Shown: piece after piece, positions 42,291 through 54,370 of the stretch
Layout of the letters: each line of letters opens with the position of its first letter
Position numbering within the stretch: the first letter of the stretch is position 1
Assembly (NCBI RefSeq): GCF_006345805.1
Contig: NC_043022.1
Coordinates: 21,266,001 to 21,330,000 of the forward strand
Reading direction: 5' to 3'
Origin: Octopus sinensis
Taxonomy: Eukaryota
DNA length: 64,000 bases
Made by a program: the position numbers and the translations under genes
Notes under the pieces: generated by a model
Seen by the model: the letters and a program-made list of their open reading frames with translations, nothing else
Told to the model about the DNA's origin: nothing
Databases searched by the model: none

Positions 42291-43405
42291 CCATACCCCC
42301 ACATACACACACACACATATATACATACTTACACACTGCAATAATTTGCGCAAGTATTGGTAGAAGTATACTGAACCTAATATTACTTGGGAAATAAAAT
42401 AAATAAATATGATTTTGAATTTATTGCCAATCGATTGAGAACAGCCAGACCAGATACATTATACGTCTATATATAATATTTCTAGACAAAATACACCTTT
42501 GCGGGTGGCTTTCATACACACTACAAACAATATTTGGGTAGTTATAGTTTAGCTATGAACTGGTGCAATTATGACACCATAAATCAGTACACAAACTAAT
42601 AATTGCTGTTCACAATCAAAATAAATTCTCTTTGGCGTATATTAAATCCGACAATTATACATACATATACATATATACATATATGCACACACACACATAT
42701 ATATATATTTATACATGCACACACATAATATGTCTAGAAATATATAAATGTTTGCTTTTGTATGTTGTTATATAAAAATCAAACATCAATTGAAGGGTCA
42801 CTCAATTTAAGTAGAGTATTACATTTATTTTGCGAAGTAAAGGTTGATAGTGACTTTGAAGTTTCACATTAGATATAAAAACAAGGACTTAAATGGAGGG
42901 ACCACTCAGCATTTTTCCATATTTTTTATATTTTGTTTCAATCATCAGACTGCAGCGATGCTGTGACCCCACCCTAAGGGGTGTGTATGGGGTCGAATCG
43001 ACCCCCAGGACTTATTTTCTTTAAGTCTGGTACTTCGTCTATTCCTTTCAATTGCTGACTCACTTAATTGGCAAGACGTAAACAAACCAACAGCAGTTAT
43101 CAAGTGGTGGATGTACAAAAAACAAAGGCTGGCACACAAACACACACACACATTGCAGAATAGGAAATACATCTTTAATATAAATATTAATATTAATAAT
43201 AACAATACAAATATATGTGTGTGTGTGTGTGTATATAACATATATATATATGTACATTTAGATACATATATTTAGATACAGCCTTTATATACAATTTTTA
43301 TTATGCAAGAGTGTCGTAAGTCCAAAGCATTTCTTTTTCAGAAAACAAAAAAAATTGTTTCACCATATATATATATGTATATATATGTGCATGTGTGTAT
43401 ATATA

Positions 43406-43440
<35 letters not shown>

Positions 43441-43671
43441 TTAAATAATAAATATCAGAGTGAGTTATCAACAGTAGCAGAAACACATCTATAGCCAGCT
43501 GGAGGAGATGTCTTCCTGGGGCTAAAAACTACAGTAGCATCCACCCTTAGGGGTTAGCCATATTTACATCACGATATATATATATATATATATATATGTG
43601 GATATATGTGCGTGTGTGTATATATATATGTGTGTATATATGTATATATATGTATATATATGTATGTATAT

Positions 43672-43705
<34 letters not shown>

Positions 43706-43708
43706 ATA

Positions 43709-44328
43709 GATGGTAGAATGAATGCAGAGATGTACCAAAGTATTTTGAACAATAATTTATGGGACTGTAGAAAAACCTCCAGCTTTGTGAAGGGTGGGTT
43801 TTACAACAGGGTAATGATCCTAAGCACACAGTGAAGTCTACCACAAAATGGATTACTGATCACAATATAAAATTATTAGAATGGCTGAGCCAGTGACCTG
43901 GCTTGAACCCCATTGAAAATTTGTGGCATTATTTGAAAATTAAAATTCATTCAAGAACCCAACATGCATTGCAGATTTGAAGAAAATTTGTCAAGAAGAA
44001 TGAGAAAAAATTCCTAAAGAAGCATGTGAGTCATTGATTAAGAACTACAAGAAGAGATTGGTTGAAGTGGAACTGAATAATGGTTATGCTATGAAGTATT
44101 AAATCAGCATTATCAGTTATTTATGTTCTGTACGAATACATTTTTCACCCCTAAATATTTATAATTGAATATAAATTCCTTAGTTACTATAATTTATAAG
44201 TTTCTTTTGCATATTCTTAGTCTATGCATGTGTATGCAAAAATAGTATTGGTATATCCCATTTACGTTCATTAGAAATTAAATAAATAAAGAATTTTGAC
44301 ATGTACGAATATTTATTTTCCACCACTG
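43709..44328 (+). mobile_element. Tc1-like transposon 3' half (DDE C-terminus plus right IR/DR terminus)
   Basis: DGRMNAEMYQSIL..QQGNDPKHT..EWLSQ*PGLNPIENLW..NGYAMKY* (43709-44102); terminus ...CCACCACTG followed by TA; inner direct repeat TGTACGAATA at 44129 and 44302. Confidence 0.85.
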
Positions 44329-44483
44329 TATATATATTATATAATAGATATATATAATATATATTGTGTATTAATAATTGGGTATTATACCAACAGTATA
44401 TTGGATAGATATTATCCCTTAGTGGGTTGGACCCACAACCCCTAACTTTCTTGGAGTTATATAATATATATATATCTTTATGT

Positions 44484-44800
44484 GAGGGCGCGTGGCTTAT
44501 GGTTAGGGCATTCGGCTCATGATCGTAAGGTTGTGAGTTCGATTCCCGGCGACGCGTTGTGTCCTTGAGCAAGACACTTTATTGCACGTTGCTCTCCACT
44601 CAGCTGGCAAAAATGAGTTGTACTGGTATTTCAAAGGGTCAGCCTTGTCACTCTCTGTGTCACGCTGATTATCCCCGAGAACTACGTTAAGGGGACACGT
44701 GTCTGTGGAATGCTCAGCCATTTGCACATTAATTTCACGAGCAAGCTGTTCCGTTGATCGTATCAGCTGGGACCCTCGTCGTCGTAAACGGCGGAGTCTT
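44484..44800 (+). mobile_element. tRNA-derived SINE family D
   Basis: Head GGGCGCGTGGCTTATGGTTAGGG, GAGTTCGATTCC box B, GTCCTTGAGCAAGACACTT core; related copies at ~24165-24393(-) and 29402-29552(+). Confidence 0.8.
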
Positions 44801-45247
44801 TTTTTTTTTTATATATCTTTATATATTATTTATATACATATATTTATATTATATATATATATATATATGTAGTATGTATGTATGAATGTGTGTATGTATG
44901 TATGTATATTGCGTATTGAACCCAAGCTGTTATATACGTATTTTCACGCACATACACACATATATACATGGGTATCAGTGTGTGTGTGTATATCTATATT
45001 TATCTGCATGTATATATATATATACATATATATATATATTATATATATAGTATATAGATATATATGTATATATCATAACATATATTATATATTGTATGTA
45101 TAATATATATATTGATATATATATATATACATAGATATATAATATATAACTATATATATATATGTATGTATAATATATATATATAGTTATATATATATAT
45201 ATATATATATTATTATATATATATATATATATAATATATATATAATG

Positions 45248-45280
<33 letters not shown>

Positions 45281-46240
45281 CATGCAGATAAATATAGATA
45301 TACACACACACACTGATACCCATGTATATATGTGTGTATGTGCTTTGTTTACCCAAGATTAACATGCTGCGAAGCATACCGAGGTGTGACGGGTGTGTGG
45401 GTAAAATTCTCGATAGTTCAAATGCTTTCAGTGATGTTTTTTGCGACCTTGTTGATTTCCTATAGAAGCTTATTGCTGTTGAACACAATCTCCTGGTACT
45501 GCTTTGACCTCTCTATCTTTATGCATTCATCAATGAATATTTCAATTCACCAGCTATTTTTCGTCCCTCAATTACCCATCTGTGTAATTACTCTGCTAAA
45601 AAAGTTCTTTTATATTATTTGCTTCTATTCTATGTATTGTATGTTATTTTTATTTTTGCTTCATCTGTTAAGTTATCTTTGCTTTAATCTCTTCTTTTCT
45701 TATTCTCCTCCTTGCTATCTTGTTTAAATCAAGGATGGTTAATTCCTCATTTTCTATATAGCACTTTAACTTAATTGATTTAAGGGTGTTCAAACATACA
45801 ACAGAAACATTTCTCTCTTATAATAACAACATAATATCTCTTGACTTAGGATGCTGACCTATTACTAACCAAACTGATGTAAATTTGTCCAGCTCCAGTC
45901 ATCCATACATTGTGTATATAGAGAGTTGATATTGTGTGTATTGAACAGCTTATGTAACCATGATGTTCTAGTGATCAGATGAGCTGGCTTTCTTTATTTG
46001 CATTGATTTGTAAATATACAATTCTATTGTACAAATCTGAGCATACATATTAATGTATACATAATTCTTTGCATACAGAAATCTGTCGTACATAAAGAAG
46101 GTTGCAAAATGGTCATAACCTTATGGAGGTTCACATGGTTAAATAAATATATATTCAACTTTCAAATTTCTGGATTTTATGTTTTAATATATCTTTTTCT
46201 TCTTTTATTTGTATGTATGTATATATGTATATATATATAT

Positions 46241-46626
46241 AGGCGCAGGAGTGGCTGTGTGGTAAGTAGCTTGCTTGCCAACCACATGGTTCCGGGTTCA
46301 GTCCCACTACGTGGCATCTTGGGCAAGTGTCTTCTGCTATAGCCCTGGGCCGACCAATGCCTTGTGAGTGGATTTGGTAGACGGAAACTGAAAGAAGCCT
46401 GTCGTATATATGTATATATATATGTATGTGTGTTTGTCCCCCTAGCATTGCTTGACAACCAACGCTGGTATGTTTACGTCCCTGTCACTTAGCGGTTCGG
46501 CAAAAGAGACCAACAGAATAAGTACTGGGCTTACAAAGAATAAGTCCTGGGGTCGATTTGCTCGACTAAAGACGGTGCTCCAGCATGGCCGCAGTCAAAT
46601 GACTGAAACGAGATAAAGAGATAAAG
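46241..46626 (+). mobile_element. SINE family B copy
   Basis: Full-length, starting GGCGCAGGAGTGGCTG. Confidence 0.85.
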
Positions 46627-47489
46627 ATATATATCATCATCATCATCATCGTTTAACGTCCGTTTTCTGCGCTAGCACAGGTTGGACGGTTCAACCGGGG
46701 TCTGGGAAGCCAGGGGCTGCACCAGGCTCCACTCTGATCTGGCAGTGTTTCTACAGCTGGATGCCCTTCCTAATGCCAACCACTCCGCGAGTGTAGTAGG
46801 TGCTTTTTACGTGCCACTGGCAGAGGTGCCAGGGGAGTCTGGCATTGGCCACAATCGGTTGGTGCTTTTAACGTGCCACCGGCATGGAAGCCAGCCAAGG
46901 GGGCACTGGCATCAGTCACGTTCGGATGGTGCTTTTTATGTGCCAGAGAGAGAGAGAGAGAGAGAGAGAGGACAGAAGATTGACATCTAGATATACATAT
47001 GTGGATACTAATGACATGATCAGATGAGATGAATTTTATAAAAGCATGTCTCTCGGTTCTGGATAACGCAGCACAAAACTATAAATATAAAAACATACTT
47101 TCAGATATTATTCCTTACAAATTATATTTGGGGAGAACTGTGTGTGTATGTATGAGTGTTTGTGTTTGCGTGTATGTGTGTACATGCATGTTTGTGTGTG
47201 TGCATGTGTATAGTAAAGACACACCCTGAAATTAATAAAATAGATTTGATAGAGTTATGATTTGTAATTTTCGTGCAAAAAGGCATTATTTTTATCTATT
47301 TATCAAAACAGTATCTGAAACATAGATTATTTGTTATCTAGTTCTGGTAATTCTTTTAACAGACCAAGCACTGGCAACTATAAATTTCTTCAAACTCACT
47401 CTCCTATAATTCTAATTTAATCATAATTTCATATAAATACATTGTGTCTGTGTCTTTGTGTGCGCAAGTGTGTGTGTGTTCATGTTATA

Positions 47490-47529
<40 letters not shown>

Positions 47530-47581
47530 TATATATATATACAGATATATATATACACACAAATATATACATATATATACA

Positions 47582-47618
<37 letters not shown>

Positions 47619-48810
47619 GTATATATATATATATATGTATATATGTATATATACACAGATATATATAATATATACAGATATATATATATGTGTATGTATG
47701 TATGTATGTGTGTATATAAATATATATATATACACACACACACACATACACACACACACACAGATACACACACACATACACATTATATATGTGTATTTCA
47801 ATATTTCACGAGAGTAATAACTACATAGCTATATGTGCATGAATGTGTGTGCATGCAAGTGTGTGTACCACTGCACTGTGTCTGTATCTGCATGCATTTT
47901 TGTAGTGCATACGCATGTGTAAGCATACATATAATATTTTCTATTTTTCTCTACTTTTCCAACCAGCAAATCTAATTGCCTTTTGGAAATAACTTTTTTT
48001 TTTATTATTACACATCAATAATGACTTTTTCACTGGTAATGTCTTCCCTGTATACTGATTTCAAATTATTGGCACAAGGTGTGCAATTCTGGGGGAGGGG
48101 GTAAGCCGATTACATCGACCCCGGTGATCAAGTGGTACTTATTTTATCGACCTTTAAAGGATGAAAGGCAAAGCTGACTTCAACAGAATTTGAACTCAGA
48201 ACATAACGACAGACAAAATGCCACAAAGCATTTTGCCCAGCATACTAACGATTCTGCTAGTGCAGCAAATATGTAATTCTTTTTCCCAAATAAATTGCAC
48301 TTCATATTCAAGGTTCTGATGAAGCTATTGAATGTTATTCAGGCACCCAACTATGAGTCCACTGTATCTTATAGCAAAAACAGCTGTAAGCTAATGAAGT
48401 TCATAAAATAACCATTGTTTTTTCTGCATCATCTCTTTTTCTCATATGTGTGTGTATGTGTTTGTATGCATACATGTGTGTGTGTGTGTGTGTGTGTGTA
48501 GGTGCAATGGCCCAGTGGTTGGAGGATCGCGGTTTTGATTCCCAGACCGGGTGTTGTGTGTATTTATTGAGCAAAAACACCTAAAAGCTCCATGAGGCTC
48601 TTGCTGGGGTGGGGGTGGAAACCCCTGTTGTACTCTTTTGCCACAACTTTCTCTCACTCACTCTTCCTGTTTCTTGTGTAAGGTTGTGATGGACTGGTGT
48701 CCCGTCCAGCTGGGGGGAACACATACACCACAGAAACCAGGAAACCAGACCCATGAGCCTGGCTAGGCTTGAAAAGGGCAACGTTTATATATATATATAT
48801 ACATATATAT

Positions 48811-50400
48811 ATACTACAAAATTAGAGAATGGAGAAACATACTTAAATCAATAAAACATCAACTATCCGATGATACCCAATCAATACTTTAATACACCAT
48901 TACATATGAGTAAAGGCATTATACAAAACTTATAATACTTATAATACTTATAATACTTATAATACTTATAATATGTGTATAACCGTATTTATTCCTTCTT
49001 ATTTATCTTATCACATTTTATCTTAAGTATTTATAATATAAATTTTTTAAAATTTCTGTGATGTTCTCATAAGCGTTTACATTAGTACTTCCCCTTCTAT
49101 TTTTTAATGCCTAAACTGGTATATTATGGCATTAAATTTATTAAGTAAATAAGTGATTTATTTATAATATATAAATTAATATATTTTATATTTTATAATT
49201 TAGCGTACTTGGAATCATAACAAACTTACGATAAATCTAACAACCGTATGTTTACTATGCAACAAACCGGTGTTATAAATTTTAAGTTACCCATGAATAA
49301 TTATCTGACTTAGTAACATACTGATATTTAAAAATATTTTTATATCTAAATTAAATATTTTATGAAATGCATGGGTGGTTCTTTTCGTTATTTGAGGCAC
49401 AGTTATAATTTTGAAGGACTAATGGTAGCATAGTTGCTTCCCTTTTTGTTTATCTATGTGCTAGTTGTTGCTTGTGATTATGTATGTGTATAAGTGTATG
49501 TATATACATATAACTATGTGTGTATGTGCGATTGATCTGTAGATGCGTGTGTGAATATTGGCGTTCCTTGACTAACAACCGTATAATTTTCTTTTGTGAT
49601 TTAAATTTCAAACCAATAGCCAATCGAATTAATCTAAATTTTCTTTACCTAGTGATCAGCATTTCTAAACTCATAGTTATTTCGATCTTGAAAGGATGGA
49701 CTTGGTGCAAACTTAACTGTATCTATTATTATTATTATTATTTTATTATTATTATTATTATTATTAATATTAATAGTAATTTTTATTAACTTTCATAGCT
49801 TTGGAATTTATGAACTGAACCATGGTTTTTAATATTATTTTTCATCTCCCTATGTGTTAGTTATTTAAAAAAAACTATTAGCCAAATATGTATAATATCG
49901 GTACTTATTAATATTAATATATACACTGATATATATTTTGTTTTATTTTGTTCTGTTTACCTTCCTTTATTGTACCAATGAGTATTATATTATATAAGTG
50001 TAGCATTATGATGTATAAGTTTTTATTTTACATTTTTATATTTTTTATTTATATGGGTATATAATATTTTTCACAATTATAAAACAATTTAATTTAATTC
50101 TCTGAAGAGGCCGTGGGGCATCCTGTTAATGCCTCATTTATACCTGCCTTTATGGCTTAGAGGTTAAATGAGGTATGACTGCCCTCACTGCCGAAACAGC
50201 TGTCAGTTTTGATTTAATTGCATATTATATTGAAATTTTTTACTTATATCTCTTTATCTTTTTACTATTACTGTATATCTCATTTTGTATAATGCCTTTA
50301 CTCATATGTAATGGTGTATTAAAGTATTGATTGGGTATCATCGGATAGTTGATGTTTTATTGATTTAAGTATGTTTCTCCATTCTCTAATTTTGTAGTAT
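48811..50400 (+). mobile_element. Non-autonomous, probably Penelope-like element bounded by perfect 118-bp inverted repeats and carrying the hammerhead
   Basis: 48811-48928 is the exact reverse complement of 50283-50400; AT-rich non-coding interior; 9-bp tandem (TTATAATAC) directly after the left arm. Confidence 0.65.
50099..50206 (+). ncRNA. Type I hammerhead ribozyme of Penelope-like-element type with extended stem II
   Basis: CUGAAGA 50102-50108; stem II GGCCGUGGGGCA...UGCCCUCACUGCC; GAAA 50193-50196; palindromic stem III ACAGCUGU; GUC triplet with predicted cleavage after 50204; short stem I (CU/AG plus weak distal pairs). Confidence 0.8.
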
Positions 50401-50568
50401 TAATTTATGGTAATATTATTACTTTTACCCATATAATACAATAGATGAACTGATTGTTTGACAATTTTTAACATCTATGTATTAATCTGTTGGGTACCTA
50501 TCTGGCAGTATATTGGATATATATTATCCCATGGTGGGTTGAATTTTCAACCCCTATCTCATTTTATA

Positions 50569-50606
<38 letters not shown>

Positions 50607-50706
50607 CATATATATATACATATATATATACATATATACATACATATATATACATATATATATATACATATTATATATATACATATATATACATATATAT
50701 ATATAC

Positions 50707-50748
<42 letters not shown>

Positions 50749-51281
50749 CCAGACTGAACCCAGAAGCATATGGTTGGGAAGCAAGCTTCTTACCACACAA
50801 CATACCTCCACATATATATATATATATATATATAATGTGGATATATACATATGCACACTCTCTCTCTCACACACACACACTCACACACATTATAGTATAC
50901 CCCACAGATATTGTTTTGATGGAAACCAACACTTGTTATTTTAGTGATTTATAGTATCTTAAGTACAACAGTTCACTTCTGAATATTGTTTGGAGTAAGG
51001 ATAGAAACCACCCGTGAAGATATATCTTGTCTAGAAACAGGCAAAATATATCTGGTCTGACGGTTTCCAATTGCTGAGCAATAAACATGAAATTATGTGG
51101 CTAAGCTTATTAATCTTACTAATACTGACATAAATTACTGTATCTCTTTCGTAAACACATGCAAAAACACACTGTGGGACAAACCCATTGTAGCGCAGGC
51201 TTTCACTGCTACAAGCCACTTGATGCAGTCCTCAGGCATCAGTCAGCTGAATGGTGTCATCGGGAAAAGTCACAGGAGGAC

Positions 51282-51692
51282 TGTGGCTGTGTGGTAAGTA
51301 GCTTGCTTACAAACCACATGGTTCCGGGTTCAGTCCCACTGCGTGGCACCTTGGGAAAGTGTCTTCTACTATAGCCTTGGGCCGACCAAAGCCTTGTGAG
51401 TGGATTTGGTAGACGGAAACTGAAAGAAGCCCGTCGTATATATGTATATATGTGTGCGTGTGTGTGTATGTTTGTGTGTCTGTGTTTGTACCCCCAACAT
51501 CACTTGACAACCGATGCTGGTGTGTTTACGTCCCCGTAACTTAGCGGTTCGGCATAAAGAGACCAATAGAATAAGTACTAGGCTTACAAAGAATAAGTCC
51601 TGGGGTCAATTTGGTCGACTAAAAAGGTGGTGCTCCAGCATGGCCACAGTCAAATGACTGAAACAAGTAAAAGAGTAAAAGAGAGTGAAAGA
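51282..51692 (+). mobile_element. SINE family B copy
   Basis: Sequence match with GTAAAAGA tail. Confidence 0.85.
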
Positions 51693-51699
51693 GTAAACT

Positions 51700-52347
51700 T
51701 GTTGATATGACTGGTGTGTTCTGGAGCTCCTGCCAATGAATTTTGAGCAAGGAATTGTGAATGAAAAGAGTTGCAGCAAAATTTGTGCCTCATTTGCTCA
51801 CAGAAGATCAAAAACAGTCATGACTAAATGCATGTTGTGAACTAAAAGAACAGTTGGAAGTTGATCTGAACCTTTTACTGAAGGTCATCACTGGTGACAA
51901 AGGCTGATGCTACAGAATCTGCAGATGTGAAGAAAAAACGATGGAGGTGTTAGATGTCTTGCAAACAACTTGCACATGCAAGTGCTACCAGTCAAAAGCA
52001 CCATATACCGGAAGCCAGCAAGTGTATGGGGTCATCAGGAGAGAATGCCTACCTCTCGACGGCATCAATGCGCACCGGCCCCCCTCACTGATATGAGGCC
52101 CCGCTTACTAGATCAGCTGGTTATCAAATTAAGCTCAATTTCCTTCTAGCCATCGCTCATCGTCTCTTTTTAACCAAATCCAGTATCACTTCGCAAGAAT
52201 TCCAGCAGCCCTTCGAATAGTGGAAAATGCACCTGGTCGGATGCATTGCTTCAAATGGAGAATACTTTGAAGGCAATAAAAGTGTAAACATATAAAAGTG
52301 AATAAAATAATATTGAAAAATTCTGGCTTCTTCTGGGTACCCCCTTG
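51700..52347 (+). mobile_element. Internally deleted mariner relic
   Basis: MKRVAAKFVPHLLTEDQK..KVITGD (51760-51900) and FQQPFE*WK..CIASNGEYFEG (52195-52275); end GGGTACCCCCTTG followed by TA. Confidence 0.8.
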
Positions 52348-52457
52348 TATGTATATATATATATATAGGAAGAGTTTACGAAAAAAACAAAAGATGAAGA
52401 CAGGTGGTGTACAAAACAAACAGATGTATTAGTATAACGCTCAGGAACAGAAAAAGT

Positions 52458-52493
52458 CTTTTACATTTCGAGCCTATGCTCTTCTACAGAGAG
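52458..52493 (-). ncRNA. Degenerate copy of the same minimal hammerhead-like family
   Basis: Minus strand reads CUGUAGA A GAGC AUAG GCUC GAAA UG UA AAAG; A6 replaced by U. Confidence 0.35.
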
Positions 52494-52721
52494 GGACACA
52501 GAAAACAAGGAGAGAAACAAGGAGAGAAAAAAGAGAGAAAAAAATGTGTGTAGTGGCTAACGATCTATCATGGCGACTCAATGTGTGTAGAGGCTAACGA
52601 TCTATCATATACATATATATATATATATATATATAGTGAGAATTTACAAAAAAGCAAAAGACAAAGACAGGTGTGTAAGCAACAAACATGTATCAGTTTA
52701 ACGCTCGGGAAGTGAGAAAGT

Positions 52722-52757
52722 CTTTTACGTTTCAAGCCTACACTCTTCATCAGAAAG
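52722..52757 (-). ncRNA. Minimal type I hammerhead-like motif with intact CUGAUGA core
   Basis: Minus strand reads CUUU CUGAUGA A GAGU GUAG GCUU GAAA CG UA|AAAG. Stem I CUUU/AAAG, palindromic ACGU stem III, extra A after A9, weakened stem II. Confidence 0.5.
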
Positions 52758-53083
52758 GAACACAAGGAAATAAACAAAGAGAGAAAATAGAAAAAGGTTT
52801 AGTGGATAGCAATCTATCATGGTGAATGCTGGACAGCATTCAAAGCAATGATTAAAATTTACGAAACTGGTATGCTTTTAAATCTCTTTAACAATTCACA
52901 AAAATGACTTTTATTACTTTTATTCCTACCTCAGTTCATCTAATTGTAGATATCTATCATTACTTTCCATAAAAAGCCTTTACTTTTTTTGATTTCCTAT
53001 GTGCATTTTTGCTTATTTTTTTCTTACTTTCCCCTTACATTTCCACGTGTACCTTCTATTTTCTTTTTGTAACATATTTCTAT

Positions 53084-53121
<38 letters not shown>

Positions 53122-53324
53122 TGGTTCAAATGTACAGAAAACAAAAGATAGAGACAGGTGGGGGAACATCAAGCAGGTGTATTAATTTGATGCTTGGTAA
53201 AAATGGCAACGTTTCAAGGAAGAAAAATGGAGAGAGAAAAAAATATGTCAGGATTAATGGTTCAACATGTTGAGATGAACAGAAGAAAGAGGCCGATTGA
53301 TATACACACACACACACACACACA

Positions 53325-53542
53325 CAAGGGGGTTCTGAAAGGTTCCTGGCTTTAAGGGTCTCACAAAAGGCCTGGTTGGAGGCCCAACCTACTGACTTCT
53401 TTTACAGGGCTTAGAAAAACTGAAAGACCACTGCAATAAGTGTGTGAATCCAAGAGAGAAATATGTTGAATACAATCATAATTAACACTGATCGTTGTGT
53501 ATTTTCTTTTACTCAAAACCAGGAACTTTTCAGCCCCCATAC
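53325..53542 (+). mobile_element. mariner-derived MITE (~215 bp)
   Basis: TIRs GGGGGTTCTGAAAGGTTCCTGG / CCAGGAACTTTTCAGCCCCC; interior GLEKLKDHCNKCVNPREKYVE resembles a mariner C-terminus; second copy at 25433-25650. Confidence 0.7.
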
Positions 53543-54370
53543 ATACACATATCAAAATACACACACACACATCAACAGACAAACATTGATATACAAAAAA
53601 ATGTATATAATTAAGTAAGTCAGTATTTTATATGTTTAACCCTTTAGTGTTCGCATTATTCTACCAAAATTAATGTTTTTTCATCCACATTGTTTTGAAC
53701 TAATCAGGCATTATCTTGTAGCTATGAGATTATGATGAGGTAGCTGTTAATTTTTAAAACGATATTGTAGGGTTGGTGTGAGAGACCAGATCTGGCCATT
53801 TTGAACATAAAACAGGCAGAATACTTTTGGCCGGATATGGCCGGTTTAAATTCTAAAGGGTTAAGTAGAATTAGATAAGTCTTGACCATTATTAGCTTCA
53901 ACCATATCTAAACAATGCTGTCTGCTAGAATGGAACAATTTTATACAAAGTTGTCTTTTCACAAATGGTTACTCCGGGTTTCTTGTTACTGCTTTCACCA
54001 GGCATTGGAAATAATTTCATTGTATGATGAAAGCAGCAATGTGGGACATGAAACAATGTAGCAATTTGTAGATATATATCTTTGAATAGAAATTAAATAA
54101 ACAAATACATATCAATAGGTAGATACACACATGTAAAGATACATAGGTAGATAGATGTGTTTGTAGCGGTAGCTGACATCCTCACTGTTTGAGAGACACA
54201 ACAGGAATGATCTCGTTTGAGATTACAGCCATCTTTGGCTGGGTTGTTCCTGTTGTGTCCACTGATCTGATTGGTTGATATGTGGTGCGGTTTATCAAAT
54301 GATAGATGAATGGCCAGAAAGATTGAAACATCATGAAAAAGAATCGAAATTAATCTTGTGTATTACTTAC

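Noticed and set aside
41417-43366. ~74-bp near-identical repeat at 41417-41490 and 43293-43366
   Set aside because: Probably fragments of a dispersed transposon end; the intervening sequence is not a coherent element, so not called a TSD or LTR pair.
45330-45830. Possible decayed ORF on the minus strand (KIERSKQYQEIVFNSNKLL..)
   Set aside because: Multiple stops and no motif I can assign confidently; may be a retroelement relic but unsupported without a search.
52025-52120. GC-rich segment tested as an HDV-like ribozyme
   Set aside because: Hairpins exist, but P1 3' does not follow P3 and the putative L3 is too long; nested-pseudoknot order not satisfied.
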